A stretch of DNA of 64,000 nucleotides from an uncultured Alphaproteobacteria bacterium (GCA_963722205.1 CAVRKL010000001.1:408933-472932), one strand, 5' to 3'; positions 28,663 to 37,956 are shown, counted from the first letter of the stretch. The notes: a model not told the origin generated them from the letters alone. Program-made: numbers and translations.

Positions 28663-30129
28663 TCAGGCGGCCCAGGGGGCCTTGGCCATTTTCCAGACCG
28701 GCGAGTTGATCGCCATGTCCATGTCACGCGCGAAGATCGCGAAGCCGTCGTAGCCGTGATAGGGACCGGAATAATCCCAGCTGTGCATCTGACGGAACGG
28801 CACGCCCATCTTTTGGAAGACGTACTTTTCCTTAATGCCAGAGCCGACGAGGTCAGGCTGGATCTTCTCGACGAACTTCTCGAACTCATAGCCCGTGACG
28901 TCGTCGTAGATCAGCGTGCCATCCTTCACATAGTGGGTGGTGCGCTGATAATCGTCGTTGTGGCCGAACTCATAGCCCGTGCCGACGATCTCCATGCCGA
29001 GATCTTCGTAAGCGCCGATCACATGGCGCGGACGCAGGCCGCCGACATAAAGCATCACCTTCTTGCCCTCGAGGCGCGGACGGTACTTGGCGATGACCGC
29101 GTCGCAGAGGGGCTGATACTTGGCGATGATCTTCTCGGCGTTGGCCTTTATCGTATCGTCGAAATGGCTGGCGATCTTGCGCAGCAACTCGGCGATCTTC
29201 GAGGGGCCGAAGAAGTTGTACTCGACCCACGGCGTGCCGTATTTCTCTTCCATGTGCCGCGAGATGTAGTTCATCGAGCGGTAGCAGTGAAGGACGTTCA
29301 GCTTGGCGCGCGGCGTGGCCTCAAGCTCAGCGATCGTACCGTCGCCCGACCATTGCGCGACGACGCGCAGGCCAATCTCCTCGAGCAGGATGCGCGAGGA
29401 CCAAGCGTCGCCACCGATGTTGTAGTCGCCGATGATCGCGACGTCATAAGGCGTCGACTCGAAGAGGGCGGGCTTGCCCTCCATCTTGTCGAAAACCCAA
29501 TCGCGTATCGCGTCGTTGGCGATATGGTGGCCGAGCGACTGAGACACGCCGCGGAAGCCTTCGCAACGCACCGGCACGATCGTCTTGCCGTTGTATTCCT
29601 TGGACTTAGCCTTGGAGACGGCCTCGATGTCGTCGCCGATCAGGCCGATCGGACATTCGGACTGAACCGAAATGCCCTTGTTCAGCGGGAATAGCACCTC
29701 GATCTCGTCGATGAGCTTGGCGAGCTTCTTGTCGCCGCCGAACACGATGTCCTTCTCCTGGAAGTCGGAGGTGAACTGCATCGTGCCGAAAGTGTCGACG
29801 CCGGTCGTGCCGATGTAATAGTTGCGGCGCGAGGCCCAGGAATATTGACCGCAGCCCACCGGGCCGTGGCTGATGTGAATCATGTCCTTGATTGGGCCCC
29901 ACACCACGCCCTTCGAGCCGGCATAGGCGCAGCCGCGGATCGTCATCACGCCTGGAATCGATTTGATGTTCGACTTGACGCCGCAGTCCGGCTTGCCGTC
30001 CTCAAACAGGTTGAGGTGCTTGGCGCGACGTTTCGCGGTTTTCTCGGGATAGACTTCAAGGACCTCTTTCACGAGTTCCTTGTTTCTCGCCTTAATCTCG
30101 GCGATCGTTTCGGGGGCTGCCACGCTCAT
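28663..30129 (-). CDS. nifD: Nitrogenase MoFe protein alpha chain
   Basis: ...[37 protein letters not shown]...LHCYRSMNY...[13 protein letters not shown]... Confidence 0.95.
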   Translation of the reverse strand: MSVAAPETIAEIKARNKELVKEVLEVYPEKTAKRRAKHLNLFEDGKPDCGVKSNIKSIPGVMTIRGCAYAGSKGVVWGPIKDMIHISHGPVGCGQYSWASRRNYYIGTTGVDTFGTMQFTSDFQEKDIVFGGDKKLAKLIDEIEVLFPLNKGISVQSECPIGLIGDDIEAVSKAKSKEYNGKTIVPVRCEGFRGVSQSLGHHIANDAIRDWVFDKMEGKPALFESTPYDVAIIGDYNIGGDAWSSRILLEEIGLRVVAQWSGDGTIAELEATPRAKLNVLHCYRSMNYISRHMEEKYGTPWVEYNFFGPSKIAELLRKIASHFDDTIKANAEKIIAKYQPLCDAVIAKYRPRLEGKKVMLYVGGLRPRHVIGAYEDLGMEIVGTGYEFGHNDDYQRTTHYVKDGTLIYDDVTGYEFEKFVEKIQPDLVGSGIKEKYVFQKMGVPFRQMHSWDYSGPYHGYDGFAIFARDMDMAINSPVWKMAKAPWAA

Positions 30130-30200
30130 GTCGCTGCCTTTTCGATTGGGGTGGACGCCGCCCGGCGGCGCGAGCCGGCCGGGCGGAGGGTTAACGAAGA

Positions 30201-31163
<963 letters not shown>

Positions 31164-31254
31164 TCATTCCGACTGAGCCCGGCGTCGCGCCGCCGCCCCG
31201 CCTGTAGCTTTGGAAAAAAGCGGGCGACGGCATTTCGCCTTGCACGAAAGAGTG

Positions 31255-31270
31255 AGCAAAGGCCGTGCCA
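31255..31270 (-). promoter_or_regulatory. sigma54 -24/-12 promoter of nifH
   Basis: The minus strand reads TGGCACGGCCTTTGCT (GG-N10-GC), about 160 nt upstream of the nifH ATG. Confidence 0.8.
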
Positions 31271-31327
31271 GACAGCAATATATTGAAAATAAGCCGTTAC
31301 TCTGCTCTCCCGTCCGTCACTTGCGAC

Positions 31328-31343
31328 TGTTTCAAAGCCGACA
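31328..31343. promoter_or_regulatory. NifA upstream activator sequence (TGT-N10-ACA)
   Basis: TGTTTCAAAGCCGACA. Centred ~90 nt upstream of the predicted nifH TSS and ~80 nt upstream of the divergent promoter's TSS. Confidence 0.7.
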
Positions 31344-31388
31344 AGCTTGCGCGGAAGCGAACGATTCGCCGTGTCGCGCCAAATTTTA

Positions 31389-31404
31389 AGGCATGGCCTT
31401 TGCT
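31389..31404 (+). promoter_or_regulatory. Second, divergent sigma54-type promoter (for the receiver-domain gene)
   Basis: AGGCATGGCCTTTGCT is 14/16 identical to the nifH promoter with GG-N10-GC spacing kept. It lies 30 nt upstream of the ATG at 31434. Confidence 0.55.
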
Positions 31405-31433
31405 TCGCGGTCGGCGCAAGATTGGGGGATCGA

Positions 31434-31841
31434 ATGCAGATTGGCGTCGAAACCAGCAAGGCCGTCGACAACAAGCGAATCTTCGTGATCGACGAAGACG
31501 AGATCATTCGCGCGGCGTTGCAATTCATGCTGCATGACGAGAATGAGACCCATGAGGCGCCCAGCCTCGACTGGGCTTATGACAAGGCCGTCGACTGGCC
31601 ACCGGACCTCGTCATCGTCTCGGAAGCGCTGATGCGACGCCACGGCTCCTCGCTTTACAGCGAGGTCCGAGAGCGGCTGCGCGGGCCGAAAATCCTGGTG
31701 GTGCTGGAGCCTGGTGCAGTCGATCTCGCTAAGCAGTGCCTCGCGGAAGGCGCCGACAGCGTCGCGATTAAGCCGCTCCGCATCGAGCTCGTGCGCCGGA
31801 AAGCGGATCTCCTGCTCGGCCGGCAGGCGGAGTCCGTCTAA
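31434..31841 (+). CDS. Stand-alone receiver (REC) domain protein, atypical
   Basis: KRIFVIDEDE...PDLVIVSEALM...ILVVLEPG...VAIKPL. CheY-like layout, but Ser sits at the usual phospho-Asp position by manual alignment. Confidence 0.7.
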   Translation: MQIGVETSKAVDNKRIFVIDEDEIIRAALQFMLHDENETHEAPSLDWAYDKAVDWPPDLVIVSEALMRRHGSSLYSEVRERLRGPKILVVLEPGAVDLAKQCLAEGADSVAIKPLRIELVRRKADLLLGRQAESV

Positions 31842-31991
31842 CAAAATCCGCTGGGGCCTTCACGCGAAGAACGCCGCGGATTGGGTAAGGCCTCGGAGCC
31901 TCGCGCAAAAATTTTGGGCCCCAATCGCGATGATTGAGGCCTTTCGCTTTCGCATTTTCCGCGGCTCTCGTCCACGGTTCCCGAGAGCCGA

Positions 31992-32321
31992 TTAAAGACT
32001 CGGCACGATCGCCAGACGCTCGACGATGTTGCCATCGACGAAATGCGACTGGATGATCTCGTCGATGTCTGCTTCCGTGCGCGGCACGTACCAGACGCCT
32101 TGTGGATAAACAACCATCAACGGGCCGGCTCGGCAGAAGCCGAGGCAACCGGCCGCGACGATCGACACTTCCGGCATGGGCGTCGCATTGAGCTTCGCCA
32201 TCAACCGATCCCAGAGCGGTTTGGCGCCCGACCCCATGCAGCTGCCGCGCGGGTGTCCCGGCGGACGCTGCTGCAAGCAAGCGAAGGCGTGATATTTGAA
32301 CACCTGGGGAAGATCGTCCAC
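31992..32321 (-). CDS. Thioredoxin-like [2Fe-2S] ferredoxin
   Basis: ...ACLQQRPPGHPRGSCMGSG...AAGCLGFCRAGP... four-Cys pattern. GTG start preceded by AGGAGA. Confidence 0.75.
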   Translation of the reverse strand: MDDLPQVFKYHAFACLQQRPPGHPRGSCMGSGAKPLWDRLMAKLNATPMPEVSIVAAGCLGFCRAGPLMVVYPQGVWYVPRTEADIDEIIQSHFVDGNIVERLAIVPSL

Positions 32322-32514
32322 TAAAGTTCTCCTGATTCCACGCTCAAGGGTGAGCGATGCGCCGTCTCCCGTCTGAGGGCGGAGCGGATCGGCGGCGGCG
32401 CGGAGGCTTCTACCGATCGCGCAAGCATCGGGCGTCGAGGGATCCCTCGCCTTGCGATGGCAAGCGGCGGGAAGAGCCGTGCGGAAGCTTGCGCCTCGCG
32501 CGGGAGGCTGAACA

Positions 32515-33393
32515 TCAAACCGCTTCGAGGACCTTTGCGGCTGTCAGCTCCGCGACAAAATCCTGCAACGGCGCGTCGATGCGCGTGACGTTCTGCTCGA
32601 CGAAGAATTTTTCCTCATTCTTCGTCGCGGGTCCTTCGATCACCGCCCAATGGCGTTCCGACGAACGCTTCATGATCTGTCTTGCGTAGCAGCGCTCGAT
32701 CTGCGTCGCGAAACGACAGCCGAGGAAGAGGAAGCTGCGTCCGCGCCGCAAGGTCCGCACCGTGTCGGGAATGGGCGTCTGAATGTCGATCTCTGTCAGA
32801 ACTTCGACATAGTCGGAGTCCGAGATGATGTAGTTCGACGCCGGCGCGAGCGCGCCGATCGGCTCGTAGATCAGCGTGCGCCAGTCGAGCGTCGCCTCGG
32901 GCGCCTCGGCCGGGGCCTTTGCGCCAGAGTCGTCCCGCTCGAAGGGTTTGCCCGGAATGCGCTGTCCGTCCGCGGAAAACCAGTGAACCCATTCGCCGAA
33001 ATGCTCGGCCTGACTGACGCCCTGCACGAGCCCCCAGTCCTTGCGCTTCTGGAACGCTTTCTGCGGCAGGTCGTCGTACCAGACATTGACGAGGAGCGGC
33101 AGCTTGTTCTGCGCGGCGAGCCAATGATGCAGCCGCGACGGCTCGGCAGACGGCGCGAAGGCCTTGTTCATCGCAGCGATGACGGTCTTACGATGCTTGA
33201 AGTTTTCTATGTACTGCGCCGCGGCCGTCAGATTGTTGCGAATCTTGTGCGGCACGGTCGCGAGGCTCGTCAGATGCGCGACGAGACCTTCCGGCGAATC
33301 CGGCAGCGCGCCTTGCGTCAGTTTCAACACGCCGGGGCCCAGATAGGGAATGACCTCGCCCCGCTCAAAGGCGGCGCTGATTTCGCCTAGCAT
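32515..33393 (-). CDS. SIR2-like (SIR2_2-type) domain protein, uncharacterised, in the nifB operon
   Basis: N-terminal VIPYLGPGV (GxG loop), ...LLVNVWYDD..., ...NYIISDSDYVE... and ...FLFLGCRF... follow the order of SIR2_2 family blocks as I recall them. Confidence 0.5.
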   Translation of the reverse strand: MLGEISAAFERGEVIPYLGPGVLKLTQGALPDSPEGLVAHLTSLATVPHKIRNNLTAAAQYIENFKHRKTVIAAMNKAFAPSAEPSRLHHWLAAQNKLPLLVNVWYDDLPQKAFQKRKDWGLVQGVSQAEHFGEWVHWFSADGQRIPGKPFERDDSGAKAPAEAPEATLDWRTLIYEPIGALAPASNYIISDSDYVEVLTEIDIQTPIPDTVRTLRRGRSFLFLGCRFATQIERCYARQIMKRSSERHWAVIEGPATKNEEKFFVEQNVTRIDAPLQDFVAELTAAKVLEAV

Positions 33394-33423
33394 CGACTTC
33401 TCCTCGAGATGTTCGCGCGGCCC

Positions 33424-33636
33424 TCAGTGGGCCGCGCTCGCCTTCAGCGCGTGAATGGTTTCCGGATCGAGCCGGAAAAGGCCGCGACCGCCGGAAAGCG
33501 CCTGGAACTGCGTTCCACACTTCTCGCTCAAGCGCGTGAACCATTGCTGCGCGGTGAGGCTTTCGGGGCGCTCGCCGATCTCGAATACGGTTCCGTCCGG
33601 AGCAAAGCGGACATGGATGAGAGTGCTTGTGGTCAT
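33424..33636 (-). CDS. Hypothetical 70-aa protein
   Basis: ORF-track ORF, co-oriented and tightly spaced (27-30 nt) with its neighbours. No motif recognised. Confidence 0.45.
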   Translation of the reverse strand: MTTSTLIHVRFAPDGTVFEIGERPESLTAQQWFTRLSEKCGTQFQALSGGRGLFRLDPETIHALKASAAH

Positions 33637-33663
33637 GACATTCTCCTTGGCTTGTCAGAGATG

Positions 33664-33969
33664 TTACAAACCGGACCCGAAACCGAGCAACTCGACGGTC
33701 ACATTCTCGGTTCCAAACAAGGCCTGACAGGCAAGCCGCGACTTGGAGCCGACGCCGGGGATCTCGTCGAGCTTTTCATTTTCGACGCGTTGCATTTTGG
33801 AGATGCTCTTGCGGCCTTCTTGAACGAAAACATGGCATTCGCCGCATTTCGCCTCGCCGCCGCATTTGCTGACCATCTTCTCTCCCGCCGCCAATATGGC
33901 GTCGAGCAGCCTTGTTCCAGGTTCGAAATCGATGGTCTTGCCGGAGGGAAGCAGAGTCAGCGTCGGCAT
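33664..33969 (-). CDS. [2Fe-2S] ferredoxin (plant/vertebrate-type fold)
   Basis: ...SKCGGEAKCGECHV...SRLACQ... Cys pattern, 101 aa. Confidence 0.75.
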   Translation of the reverse strand: MPTLTLLPSGKTIDFEPGTRLLDAILAAGEKMVSKCGGEAKCGECHVFVQEGRKSISKMQRVENEKLDEIPGVGSKSRLACQALFGTENVTVELLGFGSGL

Positions 33970-34030
33970 GTTGATGCTCCATTGCGTGAGGGTTCGCCGT
34001 CACGCACAGGGGCAAAATCCGGGCCAGAAC

Positions 34031-35191
34031 TCAAAGATAGATGGCCGCGCCGGCGCCGATGTTGACCGAGGCGTCCTTGATCGTGCCGACGATGAAGGCG
34101 ACCTGATGCTCGGTGAGATGGGCGTGCAATGGCAGCGCCACGGCTCGTTCCGCGACTTTCTCGGTCACGAAGAGGTCGCCCTTGCGATAGCCGAGATCGA
34201 AATAGTAGCGCTGAAGATGGAGCGGCTGCGAATAGGCGCAGGCCCCGATCTTCTCGGTGCGAAGATCGTCGATGATCGCGTCTCGCGACGAGCGCGTGAA
34301 GCGCGTGCCGAGGTGAACGACGTAGAGGAACCAGTTAACCTGGTCGACCTCCGGCGCGATGTATGGGTCTTTCACGCCCTCGAAGGACTTCACATATTCG
34401 TAGTACCAGCGCTCGACGCGCTTGCGGCGGGCAAGCAGGAGTTCGATGCGCCGCAGTTGCGCGAGCCCCAGAGCGGCAACGATGTCGCTCATCGAGGCCT
34501 GCAGCGGCGGTTCGGCGCCGAGCACGACCGAGCCGCGCTCATCGATTCGATGACTGCGCATCCGGCGCAGATGCGAGGCGAGTTCGTCGTCGTCGGTGAC
34601 GACCATGCCGCCCTCTCCGCAAACGAGCGCGCCGGGCTGCGAAAAGTCGAAGATCGCGCAATCGCCGAAGGTTCCGACGAGCTTGCCTTTGTAAAGAGAG
34701 CCGATGGCTTCCGTCGAATCTTCGATCAGCGCCACCCCGGCTTCATCGGCGAGCGCGCGCAGCGGCTCCCAGGCCGCGGGATGTCCATTGGTATTGCCGG
34801 CGACGATGGCGCGCGTGTGCTCGCTGAGCTTGGCTTTCGCCTTTTCGGGCGCGAGCGTGCCGGCCCAGTAATCTATGTCGGCGAAGACGGGGCGCGCGCC
34901 GGCGAGCGCGATCGCATGAATGACCTCGCGAAAGGAGTGGCCCGAGACGATAACCTCATCGCCGGGTCCAATTCCCTTGGCGCGCAACGCCATCAGCAAC
35001 CCGATTGTTCCGCTCGAGACTGCGATGGCGTGCTTGCGGTCAAGATAGGCGGCGAACTCCTTCTCGAAGGTCTCGACCACCGGCCCGGCCGAAAGCGTCT
35101 GCGTGTTGAGCACGTCGCAAACGGCTTCGAGATCGCTCGGCAGTAGGTCGGGATCGCTCAGAGGAAGGAAGGTCGTCTCCATCTCGCTCAC
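34031..35191 (-). CDS. DegT/DnrJ/EryC1/StrS-family (fold-type I aminotransferase-like) protein
   Basis: ...AVSSGTIGL..., ...IEDSTEAIGS..., ...FDFSQPGALVCGEGG.... The GTG start overlaps the upstream stop (GTGA). Confidence 0.75.
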   Translation of the reverse strand: MSEMETTFLPLSDPDLLPSDLEAVCDVLNTQTLSAGPVVETFEKEFAAYLDRKHAIAVSSGTIGLLMALRAKGIGPGDEVIVSGHSFREVIHAIALAGARPVFADIDYWAGTLAPEKAKAKLSEHTRAIVAGNTNGHPAAWEPLRALADEAGVALIEDSTEAIGSLYKGKLVGTFGDCAIFDFSQPGALVCGEGGMVVTDDDELASHLRRMRSHRIDERGSVVLGAEPPLQASMSDIVAALGLAQLRRIELLLARRKRVERWYYEYVKSFEGVKDPYIAPEVDQVNWFLYVVHLGTRFTRSSRDAIIDDLRTEKIGACAYSQPLHLQRYYFDLGYRKGDLFVTEKVAERAVALPLHAHLTEHQVAFIVGTIKDASVNIGAGAAIYL

Positions 35192-35451
35192 CTTTTGGCG
35201 ACCACCACGACTCCTGTCGCGGTTGCCGGGTCATCGGTAATCTTCATGCAATGATCGCGCCCGTCGAGGAGATAGAGGGCGCAGCGCTCATAGCTGCGGA
35301 ACGGCTCGAAGTCCGCGAGGTCGCTCGCATCGCAACGCGTCGCGGTGAGCCCGGCGACGAGCCCGCGCAGGCGCGCCAGGGTGGGCCCGTCGGCGCTCGC
35401 TTGCGCGAGCGCCGCATCGATCTGCTCCATGAGGTCGGCGGAGATCGCCAT
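35188..35451 (-). CDS. Hypothetical 87-aa nif-cluster protein
   Basis: ORF-track ORF. Begins 2 nt after the nifT stop and overlaps the DegT-like start. No motif recognised. Confidence 0.5.
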   Translation of the reverse strand: MAISADLMEQIDAALAQASADGPTLARLRGLVAGLTATRCDASDLADFEPFRSYERCALYLLDGRDHCMKITDDPATATGVVVVAKR

Positions 35452-35452
35452 C

Positions 35453-35665
35453 TCAGTCGCCGCTCAACCGTTTCGCCTCGACGGTAATCGGCAAGGAAGT
35501 GCCGCCGGGCATTTCCGGAAGCTGCAATACCCAGCCGTTGGCGAGCGTGACGGAGCCGCCCCAGAGATCGGCGTTCTCATGTTCGACGATCGGCTCCTCG
35601 AGATCCTTTTTCGGCACATAGGCGGAGAGAACGCCCTCGGCGCTCCTACGGATCATCACTTTCAA
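35453..35665 (-). CDS. nifT: NifT/FixU
   Basis: MKVMIRRSAEGVLSAYVPKKDLEEPIV...WGGSVTLANGW... Confidence 0.85.
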   Translation of the reverse strand: MKVMIRRSAEGVLSAYVPKKDLEEPIVEHENADLWGGSVTLANGWVLQLPEMPGGTSLPITVEAKRLSGD

Positions 35666-35720
35666 GATTTGCCCTTTCAGCTAGGCCGCGCCAGGAGAAC
35701 GCGACCAGAAACGAAACTCC

Positions 35721-35960
35721 TCAGGCCGCTTCGATCTCTTCCTCGAAGCAGCCGACGACGCGTTTGTTGGCGAATTCGACCATGTAGACGGTGGTCTGCG
35801 ATTCGACATGGGCGCCGACCTGCACGACTTCTCCGGCTTCTCCCGCCGGCGCCAGCAGCGCCTGCGGCTCGAGGTCCGGATAGCTGCCGTCGTTGAAGAG
35901 ATCGACCGCCGCCCGCACTCTCCGTCCCCACTCGAATTTTGGCTTTGCGTCGTCGTTCAT
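35721..35960 (-). CDS. NifZ-domain protein (second copy)
   Basis: ...KFEWGRRVRAAVDLFNDGSYP...GEVVQVG...VYMVEF.... ATGA overlap with the upstream nifZ. Confidence 0.75.
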   Translation of the reverse strand: MNDDAKPKFEWGRRVRAAVDLFNDGSYPDLEPQALLAPAGEAGEVVQVGAHVESQTTVYMVEFANKRVVGCFEEEIEAA

Positions 35961-36250
35961 CGCAAGATCTCCACCAGGACTTCGGTCGGCTCGAGTTCTT
36001 TGCGCTTCATGCCGACGCGATTGCCGGTCGAAGTAAACTCGACGTTGTAGATGTAGAATTGCTGCAGGAAGGTGCCGATCGAGACGACATAGCCCTCATC
36101 TCCCTTCTTGACGAGGATATCGCCGATGTCCCTGCCCGCATAGGTCCCGTCGTTGCGCACGGTCCTCTTCGCGCGCACCTTCTCGCCAAAGTCGAAGGTG
36201 GGGGGGTCGTTGAGCTCGACGACGTCGCTGTCACGGCTGATGTTGGTCAT
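35957..36250 (-). CDS. nifZ: NifZ
   Basis: ...FDFGEKVRAKRTVRNDGTYAG...LVKKGDEGYVVSIGTFLQQFYIYNVEF... Confidence 0.85.
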   Translation of the reverse strand: MTNISRDSDVVELNDPPTFDFGEKVRAKRTVRNDGTYAGRDIGDILVKKGDEGYVVSIGTFLQQFYIYNVEFTSTGNRVGMKRKELEPTEVLVEILR

Positions 36251-37056
36251 CGATTCTCCTCCGCTGCGGTTATGCTCAAAGTCCGTCGCGCCGCTTCGCT
36301 CGGCTGGCGCTCCCGCGCCGTCTGGCGCACGATCGGGTCTGGATCCTCAAGAAGCTTTCTCGCCGCCGGCGCCGGCGCGCGGCGCGCCACTTCGTAACGC
36401 ACGCGCCAATCCGCGTCGCCCATGAGCGCGACGAGCGAAGCGGGATCGAGACGCTGCGCGGCCTCGACGCGCACCGCCGCATCGTCATCGCCGATCATCG
36501 CCGTGAGCCCGGAAGGGGGAATGCGCTGCGCGACGACGCGCCGAACCTCGACGTCCGGATCGCAGATCATTCCCGTCAACAGCGGAGCGGCGACGCGCCT
36601 CGCGACGATTTGGCGCACGGCGTAGTCGTCGTCGAACATCATCACCGGCAGATCCTCGGGATCGAGGCGCTGCGCGACGCGGATGCGCACCTCGCGATGC
36701 GAATCCTGGCGCAGCTTGAGAAGGTAGCGTTTCGGGAGACGGCGCGCGGCGCTCCAGCGCACGGCCTCTTCGGGGTCTTCGAGCAGCGCCGGCAACAGGA
36801 AGAGTTCCGCGGTTTTGGCGGCGCAGGCCCGGACCTCGAAGTAGGGATGCTTGACGTATCGCGAGCCCAGCTCCGGGTTCCAATCGAAGAAACGATCGAT
36901 GCGTCGCGCGTAGCGGTCGAAGCCGCAGGCGCGCAGCGGCTGACATTTCCCGGCGTTTCGTAGTTCGAGATGCGGACAGGATTCGCACTCTACGGGCTCG
37001 CCTTGCCAGTCGATCGCCTCGTCGATCTCGTCGCTCAGCTGCGGGTCACTCGTCAT
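36247..37056 (-). CDS. 4Fe-4S-binding leucine-rich-variant (LRV) repeat protein
   Basis: N-terminal CESC-x10-C-x5-C cluster followed by repeated ...D.D..VR..VA.RL... units. The start at 37056 overlaps the upstream stop by 11 nt. Confidence 0.75.
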   Translation of the reverse strand: MTSDPQLSDEIDEAIDWQGEPVECESCPHLELRNAGKCQPLRACGFDRYARRIDRFFDWNPELGSRYVKHPYFEVRACAAKTAELFLLPALLEDPEEAVRWSAARRLPKRYLLKLRQDSHREVRIRVAQRLDPEDLPVMMFDDDYAVRQIVARRVAAPLLTGMICDPDVEVRRVVAQRIPPSGLTAMIGDDDAAVRVEAAQRLDPASLVALMGDADWRVRYEVARRAPAPAARKLLEDPDPIVRQTARERQPSEAARRTLSITAAEENR

Positions 37057-37567
37057 CGCCGGCCTCCCGTCGCTCGAGCACGTCGAGGAGAAGGCGCGCG
37101 CCGACCTTGTCGCCGGGATCGAGCTCGAGGAGCTTGCCGATCGCCGCGCGCCCCTCCTCGAGGTCGCCGAGGCGCATGTTGAGATAAGCGTAGCCCTTGA
37201 GCACGAAGATGAAGAAGCGCGCGAGCGGGGCGTCGTAGGAATCGAAGGACGCATCGCCACGCCGCACCAGGCGCCAGTCGAGCGGCAGGGAGTTTTCGAT
37301 CGCAGCGCGCAGCAGGCAGGTCTCGGCCACGTCGCGCGCTTCCGTTAGGCGGCCCTTGTAGAAGAAGAAACGATAGAGCCCAATCAGCACCGCGAAGTGG
37401 TCGGGAGCGATTTTTCGCGCCTCGCGCAGTAGAGCAAGCGCCTCGTCGGCGCGCTCGTAGCGCTCGCCGGCTTCCTTGAGCAGGTTTTCGGCGCGAGGCG
37501 GCAGGCCTCCCCCGAAGACGGGGGAGGCGAGCACATCGTCTAACTCCTCGACGCCAGCGAGCGTCAT
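37046..37567 (-). CDS. TPR-like nif-cluster protein (hypothetical)
   Basis: 173 aa, helical-repeat-like, ...LGDLEEGRAAIGKLLELDP.... Paralogous to 40095-40592. Confidence 0.55.
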   Translation of the reverse strand: MTLAGVEELDDVLASPVFGGGLPPRAENLLKEAGERYERADEALALLREARKIAPDHFAVLIGLYRFFFYKGRLTEARDVAETCLLRAAIENSLPLDWRLVRRGDASFDSYDAPLARFFIFVLKGYAYLNMRLGDLEEGRAAIGKLLELDPGDKVGARLLLDVLERREAGDDE

Positions 37568-37610
37568 CAGCTTTCTCCGCAGCCGAGCGAGCGGCCGGAA
37601 TCCGGCCGTC

Positions 37611-37955
37611 TCAGGCCGAAGCCGTTTCCGGCGCGCTGAGCTCCGTGCTCGAGCAGGCGCAGGACTTCGCCTTCGGATCAATGAACACGAAGCCGCTCGA
37701 AGTCGGCGTCTCGTTGAAATCGATCGTCACGCCATCGAGCAGAAGACGGCTCTGCGCCGGCAGGAACAACGTGAGATCGGCGTGTTTGAAGGCGACCTCG
37801 CCCTCGCGCGGCTGCGCCTCCACGTTGAATTCCGACGACATGCCGGAGCAACCGCCGGGCGACACCAGCAGGCGAAGGCCGTAGCCCGGGCCGCCGTCGA
37901 AGCGCAGCAGCCGTCGGATGAATTTCTCAGCCGCAGGGGTGAAGGAGATGTTCAT
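37611..37955 (-). CDS. HesB/IscA-family Fe-S cluster carrier (nif IscN-like)
   Basis: MNISFTPAAEKFIRRLL...GLRLLVSPGGCSGMS...F.F.DP.A..SCAC... Confidence 0.75.
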   Translation of the reverse strand: MNISFTPAAEKFIRRLLRFDGGPGYGLRLLVSPGGCSGMSSEFNVEAQPREGEVAFKHADLTLFLPAQSRLLLDGVTIDFNETPTSSGFVFIDPKAKSCACSSTELSAPETASA

Positions 37956-37956
37956 C

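Noticed and set aside
30130-30200. GC-rich hairpin (CCGCCCGGC...GCCGGGCGG) in the nifH-nifD spacer as a novel element.
   Set aside because: Short stem-loops between nifH and nifD are commonplace in diazotrophs, and this one has no distinctive features.
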